64,000 nt of DNA from Clostridia bacterium (GTDB lineage Bacteria > Bacillota > Clostridia > Oscillospirales > CAG-272). The DNA lies in NCBI GenBank assembly GCA_017466685.1, contig JAFTTS010000065.1, forward strand, positions 4,581-68,580. The letters run 5' to 3'. Positions 18,445 through 27,180 of this stretch are shown here, piece by piece. The position numbers and the translations under genes are program-made. The first letter of the stretch is position 1. The number at the start of each line of letters is the position of its first letter. Under the pieces are notes generated by a model. The model had not been told where the DNA came from, searched no databases, and saw only the letters and a program-made list of their open reading frames with translations.

Positions 18445-19062
18445 ATGATATTTGAATACGGTGAGTGTGAGCTTGAATATCTTCGCTTACGTGATGCACG
18501 TCTCGGTGAGATCATAGACCGTGTCGGCTTCATTGAACGCGAGGTGGACGGTGACATTTTCGCGGCTATAGTTAAAAATATTGCGGGACAACAGATATCA
18601 AATGCCGCACTTAAAACGGTTCTCGGTCGGCTTATGTGTGCTCTTGGAGAGCTTAATGCGGAAAATGTCTGCAGGCTCGGTGTTGAGGGAATACGCTCGT
18701 GCGGAATGAGCCTTCGCAAGGCGGAAAATATTGTTAATATAGCAGAGCGGGTTTGCAATGGAGAGTTAGGCCTTGAGGCATTGCGTACACTGCCCGATGA
18801 TGAGGTTATCGCGGTTTTGACCTCCTTTCGCGGAATCGGTACGTGGACTGCCGAGATGTTACTCATTTTTTGCCTTTGTCGGGAGAACGTACTCAGCTTC
18901 GGTGACTTTGGTATACGCAGAGGGATAGAGCTGCTTTACGGCGAAGAAAAGCTGACACGGGCAAGGTTTAAGGAATATTATGAGCGCTACAGTCCGTATG
19001 CAACGGTTGCAAGCTTTTATTTATGGGCTGTCGGAAACGGAGATGTTACACTGCTTTCTTAA
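18445..19062 (+). CDS. DNA-3-methyladenine glycosylase II-like (HhH-GPD family)
   Basis: IVKNIAGQQISNAALKTV...SLRKAENIVNIA...FRGIGTWTAEMLLIF shows HhH-GPD hallmarks. Confidence 0.75.
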   Translation: MIFEYGECELEYLRLRDARLGEIIDRVGFIEREVDGDIFAAIVKNIAGQQISNAALKTVLGRLMCALGELNAENVCRLGVEGIRSCGMSLRKAENIVNIAERVCNGELGLEALRTLPDDEVIAVLTSFRGIGTWTAEMLLIFCLCRENVLSFGDFGIRRGIELLYGEEKLTRARFKEYYERYSPYATVASFYLWAVGNGDVTLLS

Positions 19063-19112
19063 ATAAAAAAGGACGCCCGAAATGAAGCGCCCCTTACTTT
19101 TATAAAATAGGC

Positions 19113-19313
19113 TTATTTGCCTGCCTTGAGGTCATTCTCGTACTTTTCGATCATCTTCTTAACCATCTGACCGCCGATAGAACCTGCCTGACGAGAGGTG
19201 AGTTCGCCGTTGTAACCCTGCTTTAAGTTTACGCCGACTTCGCTTGCAGCCTCCATCTTGAACTGTTCGAGAGCTTCCTTTGCCTCGGGAACAACAATCT
19301 TGTTACTGGACAT
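19113..19313 (-). CDS. Alpha/beta-type small acid-soluble spore protein
   Basis: 66 aa with EQFKMEAASEVGV and LTSRQAGSIGGQMVKKMIE, the two conserved SASP blocks. Confidence 0.9.
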   Translation of the reverse strand: MSSNKIVVPEAKEALEQFKMEAASEVGVNLKQGYNGELTSRQAGSIGGQMVKKMIEKYENDLKAGK

Positions 19314-19627
19314 TGTTTTTTTCTCCTTTTAGGAAATATCTATATTATCGACTTGCTCCGCATCTTCCGCGAATCATCACGAAAACCTTACACAACTGTG
19401 TCGGGCGGGCTTGTCTGTTTAATTGAGTCATGACGTTTCCGCCCGACTCTGTTACTATTATCGCCACTATGACGTTTTATATGAATGGGAATTTCATGCG
19501 GCAGTGGTAATTTGGTGTGAAACTGATTTTCGTAAAAAAATGGGAAAAAGAAAATACTAAATGTCATTGCGAAAAAGAATGGAGGAGTATATAATAAGTT
19601 TAGTAAACTCAAAAAGGAGAATGAAAA

Positions 19628-20449
19628 ATGATCAAATCAAGAATTACGGCGGCAATCTGGCCGTGGGGAACAAAAACAAGAGAGCAGATGGAAACTGCGG
19701 CTGCTGCGGTTTCAAAAATAGGCTACGAAAATTTTGAGAGCGTTAAAGCGGCGATATACGCATATGACCTTGACATCAAGGCTTACAAGGAAGTGCTTGA
19801 GCGCAACAACCTTAAAGCGGCAAGCTTCTATTTCCATCTTCTCAAAAAGGAAAACGCGGCGGACATTTTTGCTAATCTCGACAAGGAGCTTGAATTTATT
19901 GCCGAGCTTGGAGTTAAGCGCATCTGTCTGCAGGCAACAGGCGGTCGTCCCGAGGTGATGGACAAGGCAAATCTTGATTATGAGCTTGATCTCATCGCAC
20001 GTTTTGCCGAGAAAACCAAGTCATTCGGAATTATGTCAAATCTCCATCCGCATCAGAACACCTGGGTTCAGTATGAAAACGAGATCGATAATATTCTGCA
20101 GAATCTTGACAGCAGTATAATTCAGTTCGCACCCGATACGGCACATCTTGTTACAGGTCTTTGTGATCCGCTTGCGGTTATAACCAAATATATTGACAGA
20201 GTTAATTTCACTCATCTCAAGGACATAGAGAGTGCGGAAGTCAAATCGGAGGGAATCTCAAGTGCAGGTATGGAGGTATACGCAAACTTCTGTGAGCTCG
20301 GAACGGGCTGTGTTGATTTTAAGAGCATTTTCGCACTTCTCAAGGAACACGGTTACGACGGTCCTCTTTGCGAAGAGCTCGATAAGGCTCCCGTCAGCAA
20401 CGAGGAATCTGCACTTAACAACTATAATTTTATTCTTAACAACTATTGA
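19628..20449 (+). CDS. Sugar phosphate isomerase/epimerase (xylose isomerase-like TIM barrel)
   Basis: Length and motifs (FAPDTAHL, HLKD, ELG.G.VDF) are typical of the AP_endonuc_2 fold. AAGGAG RBS. Confidence 0.65.
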   Translation: MIKSRITAAIWPWGTKTREQMETAAAAVSKIGYENFESVKAAIYAYDLDIKAYKEVLERNNLKAASFYFHLLKKENAADIFANLDKELEFIAELGVKRICLQATGGRPEVMDKANLDYELDLIARFAEKTKSFGIMSNLHPHQNTWVQYENEIDNILQNLDSSIIQFAPDTAHLVTGLCDPLAVITKYIDRVNFTHLKDIESAEVKSEGISSAGMEVYANFCELGTGCVDFKSIFALLKEHGYDGPLCEELDKAPVSNEESALNNYNFILNNY

Positions 20450-20612
20450 TTTTTTATAATTACATATGTGCGAAGGTTTCCCACGGATCGGACGGTCTGT
20501 GGGAGCTTTTTTATGTAAATTTAATTATAAAAATCCTCCCTCACGCCGAAAAGCCCTTGCATTATCTACGGATATGTGATATACTTACCATAGAAATTTG
20601 TGAGGTGATTCT

Positions 20613-22436
20613 ATGGCTGCTGTCTTTCGACGATTTATAACGGCATGGCTTTCGGCTGTGCTTGTTGAATATATTATCCTGCCGCGTGAGATTCGTGATC
20701 TTTCTGGACTTGACGGTCTTGCAGGGATGTCACTTTTACGTGTGGTATTGCTCACCTGTATTTTAATGCTGGTATTATGGGGTATCTCACGCTTTGTGAA
20801 CATCACCACTGCCGAGCGTACAGGTATCTTTGCCGCTTTTCTTGCGCTTTCCGCCGTTGCTGTCCATGCGTCATTTACGTGGGCTTTTTTAACGGTATGT
20901 CTGCTTACCTGCGGTGTGATGCTCGTCTATAATCTTTTCGGTTGGGATTCTTCTCCCGAAACCGTGGAAAAACCTCGATCGGAACGCAAAATCTTTTTAT
21001 GGCTGACAGTCTTGTTGTCAATCGGCTTCTTCCTGTTTCTCTCGATATGTACGGTCTGCCGTATTTACAGCTTTTCAACGCCGACGTATGATTTCGGTAT
21101 CTTCGCTCAGATGTTCCATCATATGAAGGAGTCAGGTCTCCCGATGACCACTGTTGAGCGCGACGGCCTGCTTTCACATCTTTATGTTCATATGTCGCCG
21201 ATATGGTATATCCTGCTTCCTTTTTATGTGATAGCACCGTTTCCGGCAACGCTTCAGGTACTGCAGGCAGCTATTCTTGTTTCGTCTGTGATTCCGCTTT
21301 GGAAGATCGCAAAAATACGCGGACTTTCCGATCTGCAGCGTATGCTTATTTGCGGTGTTCTGCTCGTTTATCCGGCTCTTTCCGGCGGTGCTTCTTATGA
21401 TATTCACGAGAACTGCTTCCTTGTGCCGCTTATATTGTGGCTTTTCTGGGCCCTCGAAAAAAAGAGTATCCCATTTGTTGCCGTTTTCGGATTTCTGACG
21501 CTTACGGTTAAAGAGGATGCGGCGGTTTACGTTGCCGTTATTGCGCTTTATTTCATTGTGAAAACATTACTTCATTATGACCGCTCACGTTTTCGTGAAC
21601 TCTTGACGGGACTTGGACTTTTCGCCGCGGCACTTATATATTTCTTCCTTGCAACAAGCTTTCTTGCCGAGGTCGGTGACGGTGTTATGACTTACCGATA
21701 CAAAAATTTCATGTACGACGGCTCGTCCTCGCTTATAACGGTTATCAAGTCTGTCATCATGAATCCGATGAAGGCGTTATACGAATGTGTGGACGCGGAA
21801 AAGCTGCAGTTTATCGGTCTCACAATGGCTCCGCTTTTCGGTCTGCCGCTTATAACGAGACGGTATGAACGCTACATATTGCTGATTCCGTATCTGCTTT
21901 TAAATCTGATGTCGGACTATGTTTATCAGCATAACATTTTTTATCAGTATACGTTCGGTCCGCTCGCTTTTCTCATTTATTTAATGCTTATAAACGTAAC
22001 CGATCTGAAGCTTGATGTGAAACGTGTTATCGCGCTCGGTATGGCATTTGTGCTCGGTGTCGGCTGTTTCATTCCGACTGCCTATAAGAAGCTTATAAAA
22101 TATCCCGGATACTGCATCAAATATTCCGAGCGTTACGAGAACATCCGCGACACACTTTCGCTCATTCCCGACGATGCTTCTGTTACAGCGACTACGTTCT
22201 ATGTCCCATTTCTTTCGCAGAGAGACGTGCTTTATGATATTTACTACGCTTCAAGGGAGCATCTTCTTGAATCGGAATATGTGGCTTTGAATGTCACTGC
22301 GAAAAATGAGTTCCGTAAATACGCGGATGAAGGGAAAGAGAACGGATTTGACAATATTGTTTCGCTTCTCACCGATAACGGCTACGAGCTTTATGCCGAG
22401 CTTGAAAAGGTGCTTGTAATATACAAAAAGAAATAG
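20613..22436 (+). CDS. DUF2079-like polytopic membrane protein (putative glycosyltransferase-fold)
   Basis: 607 aa with many TM segments. STPTYDFGIFAQMFHHM...HMSPI is the signature I associate with DUF2079. GAGGTGA RBS. Confidence 0.6.
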   Translation: MAAVFRRFITAWLSAVLVEYIILPREIRDLSGLDGLAGMSLLRVVLLTCILMLVLWGISRFVNITTAERTGIFAAFLALSAVAVHASFTWAFLTVCLLTCGVMLVYNLFGWDSSPETVEKPRSERKIFLWLTVLLSIGFFLFLSICTVCRIYSFSTPTYDFGIFAQMFHHMKESGLPMTTVERDGLLSHLYVHMSPIWYILLPFYVIAPFPATLQVLQAAILVSSVIPLWKIAKIRGLSDLQRMLICGVLLVYPALSGGASYDIHENCFLVPLILWLFWALEKKSIPFVAVFGFLTLTVKEDAAVYVAVIALYFIVKTLLHYDRSRFRELLTGLGLFAAALIYFFLATSFLAEVGDGVMTYRYKNFMYDGSSSLITVIKSVIMNPMKALYECVDAEKLQFIGLTMAPLFGLPLITRRYERYILLIPYLLLNLMSDYVYQHNIFYQYTFGPLAFLIYLMLINVTDLKLDVKRVIALGMAFVLGVGCFIPTAYKKLIKYPGYCIKYSERYENIRDTLSLIPDDASVTATTFYVPFLSQRDVLYDIYYASREHLLESEYVALNVTAKNEFRKYADEGKENGFDNIVSLLTDNGYELYAELEKVLVIYKKK

Positions 22437-22449
22437 TTTTCCATAAAAG

Positions 22450-22494
22450 AAAAGGAGCTGTGCGGTTTTGATATCGACAGCTCTTTTGCTTTTG
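22450..22494. terminator. Bidirectional terminator between the DUF2079 gene and the GTPase-NYN gene
   Basis: Stem GAGCTGT/ACAGCTC flanked by an A-run and a T-run. Confidence 0.65.
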
Positions 22495-22503
22495 CGGGAC
22501 TTT

Positions 22504-25071
22504 TTAAGTGTTTTCAATAAAATCGCGTATACAGCGCTCAACCTCCTCAACCTCGGCGCGAAGTCCTCTCGCGGAAACTCGGATCGCACCGTTTCCGAGG
22601 ATGATAAGCTGTTCGTCGGCATCCGAGGTTGCAACGCGGACACGATGATTTTTTGAAAGCTCTTTTGAGGCCTTTTCGATATACGTGTCGGCGGTTTCGG
22701 CTTCCTTGGTGTAAACGACGGTAAGATTATTGATCTGCTCCGTGTCACCGTGATTGCGCTTGACTTTATATGCGTCAAAAACGATGATAACTTCGCATTC
22801 GCGAAATCCGCGATAGTTACATAAACGGTCAATGAGACGGTTTCTCGCGATGTCGAGGCTCTTTTCGGCGAGTGCACGCAGGTCATCCCATGCGTAGATG
22901 ATGTTATATCCGTCAATGAGGAGATATTCAGGTCCGCTGTAACTGCTCTTTTGCGGTGCGGTTGTACGCTTTTTCGGCGTTGGGACTGCATGACGAACCT
23001 TGGGCTCGTTGAATTTTTTCCTTTTGATCGGGCCGTATGTGCGCTCGAAAATTCGCATCAGCTCGTCATCACTTGCAACAGCTTTCAGATAACGTGCGGC
23101 ACGGTCATTTGTTTCCTCCGTATCAGGCAGATCAAGCTCTACGCCGCTGTCAAGGTGCTTGTGTATCCAAACCTCGTCCCATTTAACGACAAAGCCTGCA
23201 CCGTGCTCGCAAAATACGGAGTCGGCAGGATTTTCCGTGTCACGGTCGGCATCATACCCCGATTCGGCGATGATAGCTTCGGGTTCAACTGCTTCTGCGT
23301 AACCGTCAAGGGATGTGAACAGCTTGCCTGTGCCTTTTGTGTAACCGATCAGCTCACGGTGATATCCGCGCATTTTTGAGACGGGAGCTTTACCTGTGAG
23401 CACCATACCGTCAGCCGTCATTTCGGGTTCTGCGAATCTGCCGCCCATCATGGTTATATCGCTCATTGCACGTCCAACGGATTCCTGCGGTAATTCGAGC
23501 CTGAAATCGTACCACGGCTCGAGCAGTACCGATTCGGCACAGCGAAGTCCCTGACGAAGTGCACGCCAGGTTGCCTGACGGAAATCTCCGCCCTCGGTGT
23601 GCTTCAGGTGAGCCCGTCCTGCGATGAGGGTTATTTTCATATCGGTGATCGGTGAGCCTGTCAGTACGCCGATGTGCGTTTTTTCATAAAGATGCGAAAG
23701 CACTAACCGTTTGAAGTTGCCTGCGAGCTCACATTCATCGTCAACGGCGAATTTAAGTCCTTCACCTCGCTCAAGCGGTTCAAGCAGGAGCTGTACCTCG
23801 GCGTAATGGCGAAGCGGTTCATAGTGTCCGACTCCGATGACGGCTGAACGTATCGTTTCCTTATATGATATACTTCCGTCGCTGAACGTAACGTCCATGT
23901 TAAAACGCTCGGAAATGATACGCGTCAGCACCTCGAGCTGTACCTCTCCCATGATTCCGAAATATATCTCGGCACGGCGTTCGTTATAGATGATATGCAG
24001 TGCAGGCTCCTCGGCTTCGAGCTCACGAAATTTTGCGAGGGCTGTATGTGTGTCAACGCCATTTGGAAGTTCGACTCGGTATGAAAGCACCGGCTCAAGA
24101 TATGCCGCGCCCGAATCATTTTCAAATCCGAGTCCCATTCCGGGATAGGCAGATGATAAACCTGTCAGCGCACAGATTGTACCTGCAGGTGCTTCGTTGA
24201 CGGTTTTGTATTTTTCTCCCGAATAGATACGTATCTGGTTGATCTTCTCCGACCATTCACTTCCGTCGGGATGTGTACCCGAGAGGGTATCTTTAACTTT
24301 AAAGACACCGCCCGTGATCTTTACGTGAGCGATCTTATCGGATTTATCCTGCGTGATCTTATAAACCTTTGCACCGAAAACGTCACTGTACTTCGGCGGC
24401 GCAATGTAAGTCGCGATTCCATCAAGCAAGAGGTTTACGCCGTCGCCGCGGAGTGCCGAGCCGAAAAAGCAGGGAAACAACCGTCTTTTTGATATAGCAT
24501 TTTGTATATCCTCGGTGTGAAATTCCTCACCTGCGGCAAAGCTTTCCATCAGTGGCTCATCACACATCGCAAGCTCATCCGAGAAGCTTTCAAGACTTGT
24601 CGCGTTGAAGTCGATACAGCCGTCTCCGAGCTTATATTTCAGCTCCTCCATAAGCTCACGGTGGGACAGAGCGGTGATGTCCATTTTGTTTATGAAGATG
24701 ACCGTCGGGATTTTATAACTCTCAAGCAATCTCCAGAGCGTCATTGTGTGGCTTTGTATGCCGTCTGTACCGCTTATGACTAAAAGTGCACAGTCGATGA
24801 CGCGCAGTACACGCTCGGTTTCGGGTGAGAAATCAACGTGCCCCGGTGTGTCGAGGAGTGTAAATTCAACGTCTTTATGCGTAAACGATGCGCCGCTTGA
24901 AAATATGGTTATTCCGCGGTCACGCTCGATTGCGTTGGTGTCAAGATGTGAACTGCCCTTGTTGACCGAGCCGAGGTTTCGGACGATGCCCGTTTTATAG
25001 AGTATCGCCTCGGAAAGTGTGGTTTTTCCCGAGTCAACGTGAGCGATTATGCCGATCGTAAGTCTTTCCAT
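22504..25071 (-). CDS. Tet(M)/EF-G-like translational GTPase fused to a C-terminal YacP/Rae1-type NYN ribonuclease domain
   Basis: G motifs AHVDSGKT, DTPGH, NKMD and GSVNKGSSHLDTNAIERDRGITI. The last 142 aa (22507..22932: LLIDGYNIIYAW, VIIVFDAYK, YTKEAETADTYIEKA, VATSDADEQ) align by eye with B. subtilis YacP. Confidence 0.8.
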   Translation of the reverse strand: MERLTIGIIAHVDSGKTTLSEAILYKTGIVRNLGSVNKGSSHLDTNAIERDRGITIFSSGASFTHKDVEFTLLDTPGHVDFSPETERVLRVIDCALLVISGTDGIQSHTMTLWRLLESYKIPTVIFINKMDITALSHRELMEELKYKLGDGCIDFNATSLESFSDELAMCDEPLMESFAAGEEFHTEDIQNAISKRRLFPCFFGSALRGDGVNLLLDGIATYIAPPKYSDVFGAKVYKITQDKSDKIAHVKITGGVFKVKDTLSGTHPDGSEWSEKINQIRIYSGEKYKTVNEAPAGTICALTGLSSAYPGMGLGFENDSGAAYLEPVLSYRVELPNGVDTHTALAKFRELEAEEPALHIIYNERRAEIYFGIMGEVQLEVLTRIISERFNMDVTFSDGSISYKETIRSAVIGVGHYEPLRHYAEVQLLLEPLERGEGLKFAVDDECELAGNFKRLVLSHLYEKTHIGVLTGSPITDMKITLIAGRAHLKHTEGGDFRQATWRALRQGLRCAESVLLEPWYDFRLELPQESVGRAMSDITMMGGRFAEPEMTADGMVLTGKAPVSKMRGYHRELIGYTKGTGKLFTSLDGYAEAVEPEAIIAESGYDADRDTENPADSVFCEHGAGFVVKWDEVWIHKHLDSGVELDLPDTEETNDRAARYLKAVASDDELMRIFERTYGPIKRKKFNEPKVRHAVPTPKKRTTAPQKSSYSGPEYLLIDGYNIIYAWDDLRALAEKSLDIARNRLIDRLCNYRGFRECEVIIVFDAYKVKRNHGDTEQINNLTVVYTKEAETADTYIEKASKELSKNHRVRVATSDADEQLIILGNGAIRVSARGLRAEVEEVERCIRDFIENT

Positions 25072-26096
25072 CAGACGATGGTTTTGCCTGCGAGGACGTT
25101 CTTGTAATCCTCGTAATTCTTTTTAAGAAGTTTCGGAATATTAAGCTCATACGGACATTTTTTCATGCACTGTCCGCATTCGATGCAGTTTTCGATCTTT
25201 GCCATCTCATTCTGCCAATGCTCGGTCAGCCAGTCCTTTGACGGTGCGCGGCGAAGCATCAGTGAGATACGTGCACACTGGAAAATGGTGATATCCATCG
25301 GGCAGGGCTGACAGTAACCGCAGCCGCGGCAAAATTCCGTTCCGAGCTGTGTTTTGTCCGCTTCGATGCGTGCTTTTATATTTTCGTCAAGTGTTACCTG
25401 ATCTGTCATAAGCGAAAGCCACTGATCAAGCTCATGCTCACGCTGTACACCCCAGATCGGGACGACATTATCAAACTGCGAAATATATGCGTAAGCGGCA
25501 CGGTAATCTGTAATGAGACCGCCTGCGAGTGCTTTCATTGCGATAAATCCGACGTCATTCTTTCTGCAAAGCTCGACGAGTTTGACCTCACGTGCACCCG
25601 AAAGATAGGAAAGCGGGAACTGCACTGTTTCGTAAAGTCCCGACTCGGCGGCTTCCTCTGCAACGCCGATTTTGTGAGCTGTGATACCGATATGACGTAT
25701 CATGCCCTGACGCTTGAGGTCTTCCATGCATTCATACATACCCGTGCCGTCACCCGGGCGGTAACACTGTCCTGCAAGGTGGAACTGGTATATGTCGATG
25801 TGATCTGTTTTTAATTTTGTGAGCGAGGTCTCGATGTGAGCTTTCATATCATCGGGATTTTTTGCGCCGGTTTTGGTTGCGATTGTGATCTTATCGCGTA
25901 CGTCGGAAAGAGCGATGCCGCATTTCTCTTCGCTGTCAGAATATGCACGTGCGGTATCGAAAAAGGTCATACCGCCCTCATATGCACGGCGGAGAAGTTT
26001 AACTGCGGTGTCAAAATCGTCGCGCTGTATCGGTAATGCACCAAAGGCATTCTGTGGTGTTGTTATGCCGGTTTTGCCGAGTGTTACTGTTCTCAT
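25071..26096 (-). CDS. Aldo/keto reductase with a C-terminal 4Fe-4S ferredoxin-type domain
   Basis: AKR N-terminus GMTFFDTARAYSDSE. C-terminal CRGCGYCQPCP and CIECGQCMKKCP cysteine clusters. The stop overlaps the next gene's ATG (TGATG). Confidence 0.8.
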   Translation of the reverse strand: MRTVTLGKTGITTPQNAFGALPIQRDDFDTAVKLLRRAYEGGMTFFDTARAYSDSEEKCGIALSDVRDKITIATKTGAKNPDDMKAHIETSLTKLKTDHIDIYQFHLAGQCYRPGDGTGMYECMEDLKRQGMIRHIGITAHKIGVAEEAAESGLYETVQFPLSYLSGAREVKLVELCRKNDVGFIAMKALAGGLITDYRAAYAYISQFDNVVPIWGVQREHELDQWLSLMTDQVTLDENIKARIEADKTQLGTEFCRGCGYCQPCPMDITIFQCARISLMLRRAPSKDWLTEHWQNEMAKIENCIECGQCMKKCPYELNIPKLLKKNYEDYKNVLAGKTIV

Positions 26097-26131
26097 TTTT
26101 GGTTCTCCTTGTGTGATAGTTAATTACCATA

Positions 26132-26160
26132 ATTATACCACATTATTATGCTTGTGTCAA
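26132..26160 (-). promoter_or_regulatory. Consensus sigma-A promoter of the AKR / GTPase-NYN operon
   Basis: Minus strand reads TTGACA, 17 nt ending in TGG, then TATAAT. Preceded by the nanA terminator hairpin. Confidence 0.65.
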
Positions 26161-26213
26161 TAATGCAAAAAAGGAGCCGCCTTACTAAAAGACAGCTCCC
26201 GTGTTATTAAAAA

Positions 26214-27140
26214 TTAACCGATATACTTTGCGATTGCCGCATTGATCATCGAAACAGCCTTGTCAACGATGGGCATATCAGCATCAACTACATTTGCAAA
26301 CGGTGCTCTGACGCCGCCGAATTCGAGTCCGACGCGCTTGGTAAGTGCCGCCTTGATGAGTGCGTACATATGTCCCTTACCGCTGCAGAGTGTATAGATG
26401 ATATTATTGATATCATACTGAAGCGCACGTGCAGTTTCGTGTTCGTTTGCGTAGTGGAGATCCCAAAGCTTTAAGAAAAGCTCGGGCATACACGAATATG
26501 TACCGCCGATACCGCCGTCAGCACCGATGAGAAGTCCGCTGATGAACTGCTCGTCGGGACCGTTGAATACTACGAAATCGCGTCCGCCGGCTGTTCCCTT
26601 GTCCTTGAAGATCTGAATGTCCATTGCCGCCATCGAGCTGTTCTTAACGCCGATGAGCTTCGGATTCTTGAGCATTTCATCGAGCAGTGAGCCTGTGAGT
26701 GCTATACCTGCAAGCTGAGGGATGTTATAAATAATGAAGTCGGTGTTCGGAGCAGCAGAGGAGATATCGTTCCAATATTTTGCAACTGCGTGCTCGGGAA
26801 GCTTGAAATAGATCGGCGGAATAGAAGCAATTGCGTCAACCCCGAGGCTTTCTGCGTGTGCAGCGAGCTCCATACTGTCCTTTGTGCTATTGCAGGCGAT
26901 GTGTGCGATGATTGTCAGCTTGCCCTCTGCCGCTTTAACTGCGTGCTCGAGAGTGATCTTACGGTCTTCAACGCTCTGATAAATACATTCGCCGGAAGAA
27001 CCGCCTACATATATACCCTTAACTCCCTGTTTAACGAGCCAACGTGTGTACGCTTCAACTCTTTCGGGAGAAATATTGCCATTATCGTCATAGCAAGCGT
27101 AAAACGCCGGAATGACACCCTGATACTTACGAATATCCAT
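26214..27140 (-). CDS. nanA: N-acetylneuraminate lyase (DapA/NanA family)
   Basis: GVIPAFYACYDDNG...GIYVGGSSGE...IYNIPQLAG pattern of NanA-type class I aldolases. Confidence 0.75.
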   Translation of the reverse strand: MDIRKYQGVIPAFYACYDDNGNISPERVEAYTRWLVKQGVKGIYVGGSSGECIYQSVEDRKITLEHAVKAAEGKLTIIAHIACNSTKDSMELAAHAESLGVDAIASIPPIYFKLPEHAVAKYWNDISSAAPNTDFIIYNIPQLAGIALTGSLLDEMLKNPKLIGVKNSSMAAMDIQIFKDKGTAGGRDFVVFNGPDEQFISGLLIGADGGIGGTYSCMPELFLKLWDLHYANEHETARALQYDINNIIYTLCSGKGHMYALIKAALTKRVGLEFGGVRAPFANVVDADMPIVDKAVSMINAAIAKYIG

Positions 27141-27180
27141 TTTGTTTTCCTCTTTATGTATTATAAAATTTTTACTGAAT

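Noticed and set aside
19314-19400. Sigma-G promoter upstream of the SASP gene.
   Set aside because: It is expected biologically, but I could only find a weak GATAATA -10-like string and no convincing -35 (GnATR) at the right spacing. I do not report it as a feature.
19401-19450. Strong 9-bp stem GTCGGGCGG/CCGCCCGAC with a 30-nt loop upstream of the SASP gene.
   Set aside because: It is a single occurrence with no T-run and no recognisable RNA family. There is too little evidence to call it a feature.
22504-25071. Annotating the GTPase as a tetracycline-resistance determinant of the tet(M)/tet(O) type.
   Set aside because: N-terminal similarity to ribosomal-protection proteins is clear. However, the NYN fusion, the chromosomal operon context and the absence of a mobile-element context do not support calling it a resistance gene from sequence alone.
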